This document shows positions 9,616 through 20,000 of a stretch of 20,000 bases of DNA, one piece after another (the stretch's first letter is position 1; the number at the start of each line of letters is the position of its first letter). The notes under the pieces were generated by a model. That model was given only the letters and a program-made list of their open reading frames with translations. It searched no databases and was not told the origin of the DNA. The stretch covers positions 74,773,495 through 74,793,494 of the forward strand of contig NC_057719.1 in assembly GCF_004010195.1 (NCBI RefSeq), read 5' to 3'. The position numbers were made by a program, and so were the translations under genes. The DNA is from Chiloscyllium plagiosum. Taxonomy: Eukaryota.

Positions 9616-12060
9616 AGCCCAGAGATAACGAGTCAAGACTGTGACTTCTCATTGCGACTCTTTCTGATGGAAAGTCACAGATCTGAAACATTAACTCTGT
9701 TTCGCGCTTTCTCTCTTTGCAAATGTGGTCAGGCCAACTGATTCAGTTTACTTTAAAATCTTTAATGTCCAATTTCTGTATATCCCAAAAGAAACTTCGA
9801 GTTGGAGTAATCTAGAAGGTTTTACAAGTTGGAAAGGGTACTTTAAGAGTTAAGAGAGTGAGGCAGAATTGAAATTAGCTGATGATAAGATTTCTTGATT
9901 GAATCAGGATGTGTGTGCTGGTAGAAGAGTAGATTTTGTATCAGGTAACCGGTTCTTTGGTAACTGAGAGTTGTTACTCTCTGTAAATTTCAAATTATTC
10001 CACCATTTGGTACAGCTAGTATGATTTACCTTGCACAAATCCTAAATGTTGTGATAGTTACTAAATTGGATCATTAGTATATACACTTTTAATAAGTGTA
10101 AACGTTTTTATGCCACATTGTGGGGAGAATCGCACCATTTCCCAGGCACTTGTGAGTGTTTTCTGCAGTTAACTTCCCTATATTTTCACATTACTGAGCT
10201 CAATCTTCAATAATCCCACGTTACTGCAATGTAGGGAGGAAAAGAAATTCAACATTATCTCTTGCGGTCACATGTCAACTCTCCTCTTTCATAAAACTGT
10301 TTTCGTACACCAGTCACAACTGGTGCATTGATTTAGTGCCTTTAACTTCCTAAGGTGCTACACAGAAGCATTACTAAACAAAACATGACTGTGTGCCACA
10401 TCAGTTCAGATGATCAAATGTCTGGTGAAAGAGAGAGGTTTTATGGAGTGTCTTGTCGGGGGGAGGTAAGGTTATCAGACAGAGGGCAGGGTATTCAAGC
10501 GAATTTAGGATTTAGACAACTGAAGACCATCAATAGAAAAATGATTAAAATCAGTGATGTTGAAAATGTAAGAACAAAGGAGCACAGCTATCTTTGCAGG
10601 TTTGTGGGACTGGAGGAGAGGTAACTGTCTAACCAGGATTCACAGATAGCAATCTGCATTTAGTAGACCCAAAGTATGCTGATGACTGCAGTTCTTCCAA
10701 GCTGAGCTCTGATAAATCTGATTACGAGTATCTGTCTCTCCCAATGTTTTAAAAAAATGTTTAATTCAGAGTCTGTGTTGAATGGCTTGGGTGTTCTTAG
10801 AATTTAATTATACGTTGAAGGTACATCGATACAATGGGCCAAGCCATGTAAATTGCCTACTGGAGTAATTACATGCCATTCAATTTCAATGTCGTATTGG
10901 ACAAATTCTTCATTGTATTACTGACATTGCTGAATGCATGTCAGAGCTATCTTCACTTACATTGTGAAAGCAATTGTATAGCACCAAATTACTTTTAAAA
11001 ATCCACCACACTCACTTGTACTTGAATTTACAGCTAAACTATTATAAAGTTTACTTGTTTTGTTATGGATGATGCCTGTTAACCTGCCTGGTGTGTGAAA
11101 TTGTGTTTTCTCACTGTTAACACTAATTAGTGAAAAGGCATTTTTTTTCCCCTGGGGCAGAGCTTCCTTTTGATAAGGGCATCAAATGCCTCCAGCATTT
11201 GTGGCGCTGTTTATTTTGTTGACTGATATGATTAATGCCTTGGATTGTTCAGTGCCACTTTCTCAGCACAAATCATTGGCAGGCACTCTTGGTACAGTAA
11301 TTGGAAGGGGGAAAACAGCTTTCCAATTTTTGCCCACAATGATCTGGTGCACCATTGAGAGAAAGGAATGCTAACTTTACTGTTAATGCAGAGAAACCTG
11401 ATCATGTTACTTTGGGTGGGGCCCAGCAGCATCCTGCTATATCCTTCATGTGCAAAACTCAAATTGCAGAGGTAATATATCCTTTCATGTTTTGTTGTGT
11501 TACACTGCACGTCCTACAGTTAAATGTGAATGTATTACCTAATACAAAACCTTCTGCTTTCTTTTCTCTCATTATCGTGGTGCATAATAACTGTAGTTCA
11601 GCAAATGAAACGGGAGCATTTGTTTAAAAAAAAAAGACGCTTCAACCTGTCACTGTCCTGGCTAATTCACAAGTTGTTGAAATGATTGACATTCATTGGT
11701 CATGTTATATTGCTATCTTTTATAACAGTTTTTAATGTGCCTTCTGTTTCTATTCACTGGATTCATTGACAGTACTATTTCATATTGCTAACCTGTTTGA
11801 AATAAAAGCCAATTGTTAAGAACAGCAACGGGCCTTAGTTGAATCTGCCATATCATTATTGGATGAATTAAAATTCTCCGGATTATAAGACCTGGATTCC
11901 ACTCTGCATGGATTGCCTCCAGCTTTTTGATGCAAAAGTCACTACGAGTCTCTTACCCCAGGTCCTCATGGGTACTACTAATTCTCATCTTTCTTGTGCA
12001 ATAGAACTGTTTCTAAATGTTTTCTCTCAAGATTCTCAGTAGATGAATATGTTGCATTAA

Positions 12061-12306
<246 letters not shown>

Positions 12307-12406
12307 TGATCTCCTGTGTTGCATGATTGGAACAGTATGGTTCTTCACTGATTGTACCTTGGCTCACCTTTCTCTTTCCTAATCTTTTCTTGTCTTCCTT
12401 GCACAG

Positions 12407-12492
12407 ATCTTATAAGCACGCTTAGGCCGGATGAAAAGGCTGTAATGACCTATGTTTCATGTTACTACCATGCGTTCTCAGGTGCACAGAAG
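12407..12492 (+). CDS. ACTN1: Alpha-actinin alternative exon 8b, (D)[28 protein letters not shown]
   Basis: Long pyrimidine tract ending gcacAG and donor AAG|GTGAGA. Same 86-nt length and phases as 8a; 22 of 29 residues identical with many synonymous differences. Contained in ORF 12352..12648. Confidence 0.92.
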
Positions 12493-15400
12493 GTGAGAAA
12501 CCTACCTCACCCCTCTGTAGAATTCCCCTTTGATTTAGATTTTCTAACTCTGGTTTTGATAGATTTAACATCATCCTTTTTTGTTTTCAGTCTGGCTTAC
12601 AGTGGTCCAGCTAAACATTTTTTTGAATCTAAAGAAGAGCTAGATTAGGTTTTGAACATGCCCATTCATTCGTTCCAAAAGTTCTTCCACAGTCACCCTG
12701 CATCTTTGTTCTCATCAGAGAAATACAAGTAAATCTCATCAGTTAGCCAGTCAAATTCTCCTTGTGGCTTTCCCACAAATTGAAGAATGAAAGGGGGACT
12801 ACATCCTTGTCTGGTGATGACTTCCTCGATCTTTGCTCAGGATTACTTTTAAGATTGGACTCTGGTACATGTGATTGATGTGGTGTTTATTAAATTTCTC
12901 AATCATTTATGTTCCTCTTCTAACAAAGTAGAGTGCTGGGCTGTCACTAGTCTGCATTCTTTATCTTATTTTCAGAATGGTGACTTTTTGGAGAGCAATA
13001 TTTTGGTACTGAACTAGTATCTTTCAAAACACAATCCCAAATTTAGACTGTATCTGCGTTAACCACCCGTATTCTTTTCAGTTTTCAGTCCCTCTTTCAT
13101 TGTTCTGGTCCAGGCTACTGTCAGTCTAAATGGTTATAGCTGGCTGCTGGGCTTCCCTCCCACCTGCATTCTCATCCCCTAACCCCCACCTCAACATGAA
13201 TGGTTTCATTTTGTGAGGTAACCTCTTTCCTCCCTGTTTCTCTCCCAGTACCTGCTCTTTTGCATTGTTCATCCTGGAGGACTCAATCTAAAGCCAAGCA
13301 AACTCGTATCAAAGTTTGATTGTCTGACACGAAACTGTCATAGTTGGCTTGTTTAAGGCTCCTGCTTCAAATGGGAGAAAAACTAATTACAAAGTTTGAT
13401 GTTCATCAGTGACTATTGTCAGTTCCTGGCACAAAACTATTTTTCTCCTCATTTCTCATGGTTCTAATCATAACAATTTCCTTTGATCCAGTTATATACA
13501 GTACATCAACCCAGAACTTAATATTGGAGGGTCCACAGTAAGCCAGCCACAGATTAGTTTCCAACCCAATAATGTCTTTGTTAAACTAGAAATTTCTACT
13601 TCCAATTTCTTGGCTTCATTCTTGAGACTGGTGTCCTTCTCTTTCATAGACTATATCCACTTCCCTTTGTTATATCTTTTGCTTCACTCTTTGGCTTGGC
13701 TGGTCCTCAATCTCATGTTCAGCTAATTGTTATGCATTGAATGCTTAATTAATTCCTCCATTATGTTAATGCTTAACGCAAGTTTTTTTTGGTACTCCTG
13801 ATTTGTGATAAATGTCCTGTACGATTGTAGCTTTTGTAATTTATTTGTTTTCTAGGGCAGAAGCAGATTGTAAATGTGATAGTCTATATGGGGTCTGGGT
13901 CATAAGGGCCATGCAGAGCATTGTAATTATGGTTCAACATCAGATACTTGTAACTGTGAATGGAAAACAATTCCTGCAAGTGGTGCCCAATTCATGACAT
14001 TGTGTATACTTATTAAAACTGATGCATGGAATCATTTTTATGAAGCTTTTACTATGGATTCTTTCTGCTATAAAGTGGGAATACAATGGAAAAGTCATAT
14101 TAAAACCTTATGTGACTACTTTGGTTTAATGATTATACCACAAAAAGGTTATCGTTTAGCTCTTTGCTAGTCTTTGGAATTAATTCTGTTCCACGTTTTT
14201 ATTGCTTCCCTAGCGGGGGAGCATGGAAAGTTGACCCAGTTTATAATCAATCCAGCAGGAGGCTGTAACAAAGCCAATTCTGCCTTTTATTTTTATATTT
14301 TTCTCCCAACTGGTTGGATTGGACAGTCCTAAATGTGTATTATTGCTTAGCGGAGATTGGGTGCTCATCATTTGGGAAATAATGTAAGTATGTGACCCAT
14401 CTGTTGGCTTTTGATGGAGGAAGATTTATTCTAATTTATAAATATATCTCTAGAGAGAGAGGGAGAGAGTGTATGTGTGTGTGTGGTCCAAGTGCCAGGT
14501 CATTTATGAAATTTTATTCTCCTGTGGTTTACTTATTGAACATGATGTTCCCAAGGTCAGTTGATCGGATATTTGTCCATAAATGCCATGTCATCTCTGT
14601 CTGTACTGTAGAAACTAAGCACTGCCTGTATGTGAAGGATTTCCTGCAGTTTGCTGAGTTTGTGAAAATGTAAATGTGGATGTTCTACTTCTCTCTCTGA
14701 ATGCTCTTCTCATTGCTTATTTTCCATTTTCATATTAGTGTTACGAGCCTGAGGAAAATGTCTCATGAACTGCTTCCTTCTTCTGTCATCCTGTCCTTAA
14801 TACCGTGCAGGTATAGGCCCTGGTCTTGGCCAGAGGCTTTCCTTTTGCACTTGCCTCTAATACTGAATTGGTTCTGCTGTGTGTGTCTGTATGTTCATAG
14901 AAATTCACCCTTTTAGATATTGCATGAAGTTTTCTACTGGTCTTGCATCTTTTCTCCTTTTGGTATCCTACATATCTACCACTGTTTTGTACATGTCTGA
15001 AAGTGCCCCTGTATGCTAACTAATACAGCAGTTTGCCCAAAGTGAGACAGTGGCAATGGTTTTTCTTCAGATCCACAGGCATGCCAAATAATGTTATTTA
15101 ATATTGGAAATGGATTCTCAAACAGACACTACCTCAGCCAAACTGGACTAACAGCTTGTGCATCCTCATTGTTATACAAAATCTTTTGTACTGCCAAGTA
15201 TTTCTCAGTCCACAATGTACATTGAGAGGTTTCCAATCTTCTGAAGGTGAGTGCCTACCTTAGTCCTACTTGCAGCATTTCCCAAATGCATGTAACCATT
15301 CCCCCAATTCTTGAGCTAAGTGGCTGAGGATGCAGTACAGAGTGTAAAAGGAAAATGCTGCAGACAATTTGAGGATGTTGCCTCCCTACAAAAACTGAAA

Positions 15401-17100
15401 ACATTGATTCATCCAAATTAGGTTTTGCACCATGCACAGACAGACACGGTAGCCTAGGATAACAACCAAGTTTATTTGTTCACCTTTTGAGAAAAAATTA
15501 CTTGGGAAGTAAATATTGGTTTTAAATTGCCTTGAGCAAACAGCAAACTACCTTTCATTTGCCCTCCTACTATAAATGCCATCTAAATTGGCAGTGTTTG
15601 CTGGGTGACTTTCTGCGTAAATGTTTCTATGCAATGTTTAATTTTTGTAGACGTGTTGTCATTTTGAGCTTTTCTGATTTGGTTTGAAACTCAGTTGGTA
15701 AACACCAGTGGCAGGAACAGCCCATGCTCAGTATACACAATGAGTCACTCAATCCACAGCATCTCTCCATTTTAATTTTTTTTCTCTCTGCGTTTAACTG
15801 GTTTATGGGAGTTAAACAAATTTGCAGCTGGCCTTCAAATATTTTTGTTGAAGTACGTAGACCAGGAACGTCAGTGTTGGCAGTTGAGTGTTAACTGAAT
15901 ATGGGGCCGTGTAGAAATTAATGAGTCATTAAGACCCAATTCGTTGGCTGATTAGGACACTTGTTTCAATTCAAAACCCCAAATTCAAAAGCCTACTACT
16001 CCAATTATTTTTCCAAACTTGTTAGATATTGTAGAGAATAGCATTTATGCTAATTATTACAATTATTACTCTCAAACTATAGATGGACCTGGAAATCTAA
16101 TGTCACTTCCACTTTGAATAAAATAATTTAGCAACACCGCTTCCAAAAGCTTTTGCTTCCTTCAAATAAAAGCCTGTAGACTTTCAAGATTGGGAGCAGA
16201 TTATGCGCCTGGTTTAATTAATGATACCAGGTTCACCATTATATGCTGGTGCCAACTAGTCGAACTTTGAAACAAGTACAGGAATTTCATTCAGTTTTTT
16301 TTGTATCCTTCTGATCAGTTCAGAATAGATGTAGTTAATTAAGGTAAATGCTTCTTATTAGACTACGTAAATCTTCACTTTTATTTCCTGTGTGTATCTC
16401 TCAATTTCTTTTTAACGCTTATTCGTTTTCTTGCATTTAACCCATTAGTGTTTTTATCGAAATGGATTTCCCTTCTTTGTGCCTCTTGTGTCACACAACT
16501 CTGCTACACTTGCCTCAGCAGGTTCTCGTGCATGTGAGAAAGGATCATTGCCTCACTAAAAGAAGGTCTTTCCTTCCTGCAGGAAAGTGCTTGGTTTGCA
16601 CTGGGCACAGCTGCAACAGTAGAGATTGAGAACTCTGCTTAAGTGTGCAGTTCCCTCTGAAGCATCGTGGCACCACTTGCCTACCTCCAGATACAGAACC
16701 CTTTGTTCCCTTCAGTGGGCCTTTTGTTGGCTTCTGTTTGTTTCTATGCCCATGTTTCCATTGTCTACATTTCTTTGTCTCAGTAGAGATTGCAACGGCA
16801 GTCTGAACTGCTGTGTCTGTTGGAATGTCTGTTCCAGCTCCTGTTGCAAATTCCCATGCAACTGTTTGAGCCCATTGTGTTTCAGGTTCCAGTCTCACTG
16901 CCATAATGCTTTACTCTTTCAAATTGGGCCTCATCATCCAAACTTCTATGTTTGTCTGCAGAGCAAGAGCTGAACCTGAAATTAACAGCATTATACTGCG
17001 GATGATGGAAGTCTGAAATGAAAATGAAACATGAAAATGAAAAATGGTAGCAGCTGTGGAGAGAGAAAGGCGTTTAACAATTTGCGTCCATTGTGATTCC

Positions 17101-17200
17101 ATTCTGAAGAAGGGTCACTGGACTTGAAACGCTGATCCTGTTTCTCTCCCCCGCATAGATGCTGCAAGACCTGCTGAGTTTCTCCAGCAATTTTTGTTTT
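17101..17200 (+). mobile_element. Related short repeat with a degenerate hammerhead motif
   Basis: CTGAAGA (17104-17110) agggtcactggactt GAAA (17126-17129) cgct, followed by gatgctgcaagacctgctgagtttctccagca, similar to the 7201-7235 arm. Confidence 0.65.
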
Positions 17201-17354
17201 GATGTTAGAGCTATACCTGCCCAACCCCTCTACAATTCAGATAACTTATTTTACGTTGTCAACTTGGCTTCACAATTTACTGGCAATGCTCTCGATTACA
17301 AAAAAGCCAATGGGAGTTGAACTGGTGAGGGAAAGAAACTGGATAATTCTACTT

Positions 17355-17820
17355 TTTTCCAAGCTGGTGGAATAGAATGTGACTTTGCAGCGAATGTTTC
17401 TGACACTGTGACCAAGTACCCTGGGAGGAGGGGTTCAGTTTGAGCCCTCCCTAATGAGATGACAGCTTCCATTTTGCGGGATATGGAATGGGTTTGAGCG
17501 CATGGAAGCTCAGGCCCTCTCACTGCAGATGGGGACATAGTTCAAAAAAGACCAAAGCTGGCTTGACCTCGCTTGACATTCGCAAGATAACTTGCGCAGG
17601 AGTTCAAAACATCTCACAGAAAATATCTCCTGAGTTTAGAGGAGTGGTTATTGAGACTTTAGGGGAGAGTGAAGCCAGATTTGTTTTGTGAACCCAGCTG
17701 ACTTCGACAATCCCCCTGCCCATGAATGGCCACCATTACCATTAGGTTAATGGATTATAAAAGGCTGCAAGGAGATGGAAAGGTCACCAGTTTGATCTTT
17801 GTGGTTGCCTCACTTGGAGA
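17355..17820 (+). pseudogene. Possible decayed PIF/Harbinger (HARBI1-like) DDE transposase fragment
   Basis: Ordered motifs across frames: CDFAANVSDTVTKYPG (17378-17425), DSF/ILR (from 17461, with a 1-nt shift), RGVVIETLGESEARF (in ORF 17488..17691). These resemble CD...V.A.(W/Y)PGS.HDS.IL and R..VE..FG.LK.RF. Judged by eye only. Confidence 0.4.
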
Positions 17821-18094
17821 CTGAAATGGAGAAATCTGGATCAGGGTTAATTCCAGTACTGAGCTATCTGGAGAGTCTGAGCAAAGAACCATTGCTGCTT
17901 CATTCCCATTTTCATATTTGGAGGTGGTGCTCTACAGGGGCAGAATATTGATTACATACAACAATCAGCTCACGAGTGGGCTAATACAGCTGGAAATGCT
18001 GCTTCATTACACTGTGCAGCTAATATTAGCATTTCCCAGACTCTGCTGCAGATTGCTATTTGGTTGCTGAGCAACCAAACCAAAAGTGAAAGTT

Positions 18095-18312
18095 GGCAGA
18101 TAATCCAAGGAGATTCTACAAGAACATTAAGAGCAACGAGAGAGAAGGCAGGGTCCCTTAAAGATCAACTTGTGTGTTGAACCTCAGTGGATGGGAGAGA
18201 TACTAAATGAATATTTAGCATAGGTTTTTCCTGTTGAGATTGAAATGGAGGCTAGGGAACTCTGGGAAATAAATATTGATATTTTTAAAACTGTTCACAT
18301 TAGAGAAGAGGA
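18095..18312 (+). mobile_element. Internal CR1-type LINE ORF2 fragment
   Basis: aatccaagg...ttctac...attaagagcaa...gagatactaaatgaatattt (NPK.FY..., EILNEYF-like), typical of the region upstream of the CR1 RT domain; degenerate. Confidence 0.55.
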
Positions 18313-18316
18313 AATA

Positions 18317-18458
18317 AGACCATAAGGCCATAAGACATAGGAGTGGAAGTAAGGCCATTCGGCCCATCGAGTCCACTCCGCCATTCAATCATGGCTGATG
18401 CGCATTTCAGCTCCACTTACCAGCGTTCTCCCCGTAGCCCTTAATCCCTCGAGACAAC
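18317..18458 (-). mobile_element. CR1-type LINE 3' tail abutting the minisatellite
   Basis: agaccataag...cataagacataggag...ggccattcggccc...ccattcaatcatggctgat is homologous to the tail at 278-350. Confidence 0.75.
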
Positions 18459-18459
18459 A

Positions 18460-20000
18460 CAGGCCAGTGAAGGAGTGAGTTCCAGACCAGGCCAATGCGG
18501 GAGTGAGTCCCAGAGCAGGCCAGTGCGGGAGTGAGTACCAGACCAGGCCAGTGCGGGAGTAAGTCCCAGATCAGGCCAGTGGGTGATTGTGTCCCAGACC
18601 AGGCCAGGGCGTGAGTGAGTCCCAGTGCAGTACTGTGTCCCAGACCCGGCCAGTGCGGGAGTAATTCCCAGACCAGGCCAATGCGGAAGTGAGTCCCAGA
18701 CCAGGCCAATGCAGGAGTGAGTCGCAGACCAGGCCAGTGCGGGACTGAGTTCCAGACCTGTCCAGTGCAGGAGTGAGTCGCAGACCAGGCCAGTGGGGTA
18801 GTGTGTCCCAGACCAGGCCAGTGCAGGAGTGACTCCCAGATCAGGCCAGTGCGGGAGCGTTTCCCAGGCCAGCCCAGTGCGGGAGTGAGTCCCAGACAAG
18901 GCCAGTGTGGGAGTGTGTCCCAGACCAAGCCAGTGCTGGAGTGAGTCCCAGACAAGACCAGTGCGGAAGTGAGTCCCAGATCAGGCCAGTGCGTAATTGT
19001 GCCCCAGACAAGGCCAGGGCGTGAGTGAGTCCCAGACCAGGCCAGTCGGGAGTGGGTACCATACCAGGCCAGTGCGAGAGTGTGTCCCAGACCAGACCAG
19101 TGCGTGAGTGAGTCCCATACCAGACCAGGGCGGGAGTGAGTTCCAGACCAGGCCAGTGCGGGAGTGAGTCGCAGACCAGGCCAGTGCGTGAGTGAGTCCC
19201 ATACCAGACCAGTGCGGGAGTGAGTCCCAGACCAGGCCATGAGGAGTGAGTCCCAGACCAGGCCAGTGTGGCAGTGTGTCCCAGACCAGGCCAGTGCTGG
19301 AGTGAGTCCCAGACCAAGACAGTGCGCGAGTGTGTCCCAGAGCAGGCCAACGCAGGAGTGTGTCCCATACCAGGCCAGGCCAGTGCGGGAGTGAGTCCCA
19401 GACCAGTCCAGTGCGGGAGTGTGTCTCAGACAAGGCCAGTGCAGGAGTGAGTCCCAGATCAGGCTTGGGCGGGAATGAGTCCCAGACCAGGCCAGTGCAG
19501 GAGTGTGTCCCAGACCCGGCCAGTGCAGGAATGTTTCCCATTCCAGGCCAGTGCAGGAGTGATTCCCAGACCAGGCCAGTGCGGGAGTGAGTCCCAGAGC
19601 AGGCCAGTGAAGCGGTGAGTCCCTGTCCAGGCCAGTGCAGGAGTGTGTCCCAGACCAGGTCAGTGCAGGAGTGAGTCCCAGTCCAGGCCAGTGCAGGAGT
19701 GTGTCCCAGACCAGGCCAATGCGGGAGTGAGTCCCAGAGCAGGCAGTGAACGAGTGAGTCCCAGACCAGTCCAGTGCGGGAGCGTGTCCCAGACAAGGCC
19801 AATGCGGGTGTGAGTTCCAGACCAGGCCAGGGCGGGATTCAGTCCCAGATAAGGCCAGTGTGGGACTGAGTCCCAGAACAGGCCTGTGTGGGGGTGAGTC
19901 ACAGAACAGGCCAGTGCGGGAGTGAGATCCAGACCAGGCCAGTGCGGGATTGTCTCCCAAACCAGACAAGTAAAGGAGTGAGTCACAGACCAGGCCAGTG
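18460..20000. repeat. 28-bp GC-rich minisatellite, about 55 units, consensus GAGTGAGTCCCAGACCAGGCCAGTGCGG; continues past the window end
   Basis: Period measured directly (cagtgcggga at 19381 and 19409). Units carry scattered substitutions and occasional short indels. Confidence 0.97.

Noticed and set aside
12407..12492. Exon 8b as a dead duplicate or assembly artefact
   Set aside because: The frame and splice sites are intact, synonymous divergence from 8a is extensive with mostly conservative amino-acid changes, and the flanking introns are not duplicated.
12543..12648. Additional exon after the acceptor-like ccttttttgttttcag at 12590
   Set aside because: No convincing downstream donor and no actinin similarity; the ORF extension beyond 12492 is intron read-through.
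13856..13997. Next alpha-actinin exon (exon 9) near ttttctag/ggcagaagcag
   Set aside because: The translation (AEADCKCD) does not match the expected AETAANRICKVL. I did not find exon 9 or exon 6 in the window.
16626..16973. Cys-rich 115-aa ORF as a metallothionein- or keratin-associated-like gene
   Set aside because: Non-ATG start, no recognisable Cys spacing pattern or exon structure; probably a by-product of TG-rich sequence.
18407..19969. 520-aa minus-strand ORF and overlapping ORFs as a protein-coding gene
   Set aside because: Fully explained by the stop-free 28-bp tandem unit; the same peptides appear in all frames.
18460..20000. CRISPR-like array
   Set aside because: Units are contiguous with no unique spacers, the context is a vertebrate intron, and there are no cas genes.

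Overview
Eukaryotic (vertebrate) genomic DNA, most likely a shark, judged from HE1-like V-SINEs and CR1-type LINEs. The window is the interior of an alpha-actinin gene on the + strand, with best match from memory to ACTN1. It holds one 82-nt exon (6383-6464, exon-7 equivalent) and two tandem 86-nt paralogous exons (12104-12189 and 12407-12492) with the structure of mutually exclusive exons 8a/8b. The rest is intron. The first 10.6 kb and the last 3.5 kb carry many retroelement relics, the ~6 kb around the alternative exons has no repeat I can recognise, and a 28-bp minisatellite runs from ~18460 off the end. The most interesting observations are: the 8a/8b pair in an ACTN1-like gene; a candidate 3-nt microexon between 8a and 8b; several minimal hammerhead-ribozyme motifs in Penelope-like repeat ends; and a locally templated ~230-bp inverted duplication inside a LINE. 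Nearly all ORFs in the supplied track are repeat-derived or chance. All family assignments are from remembered consensus sequences, not database searches.
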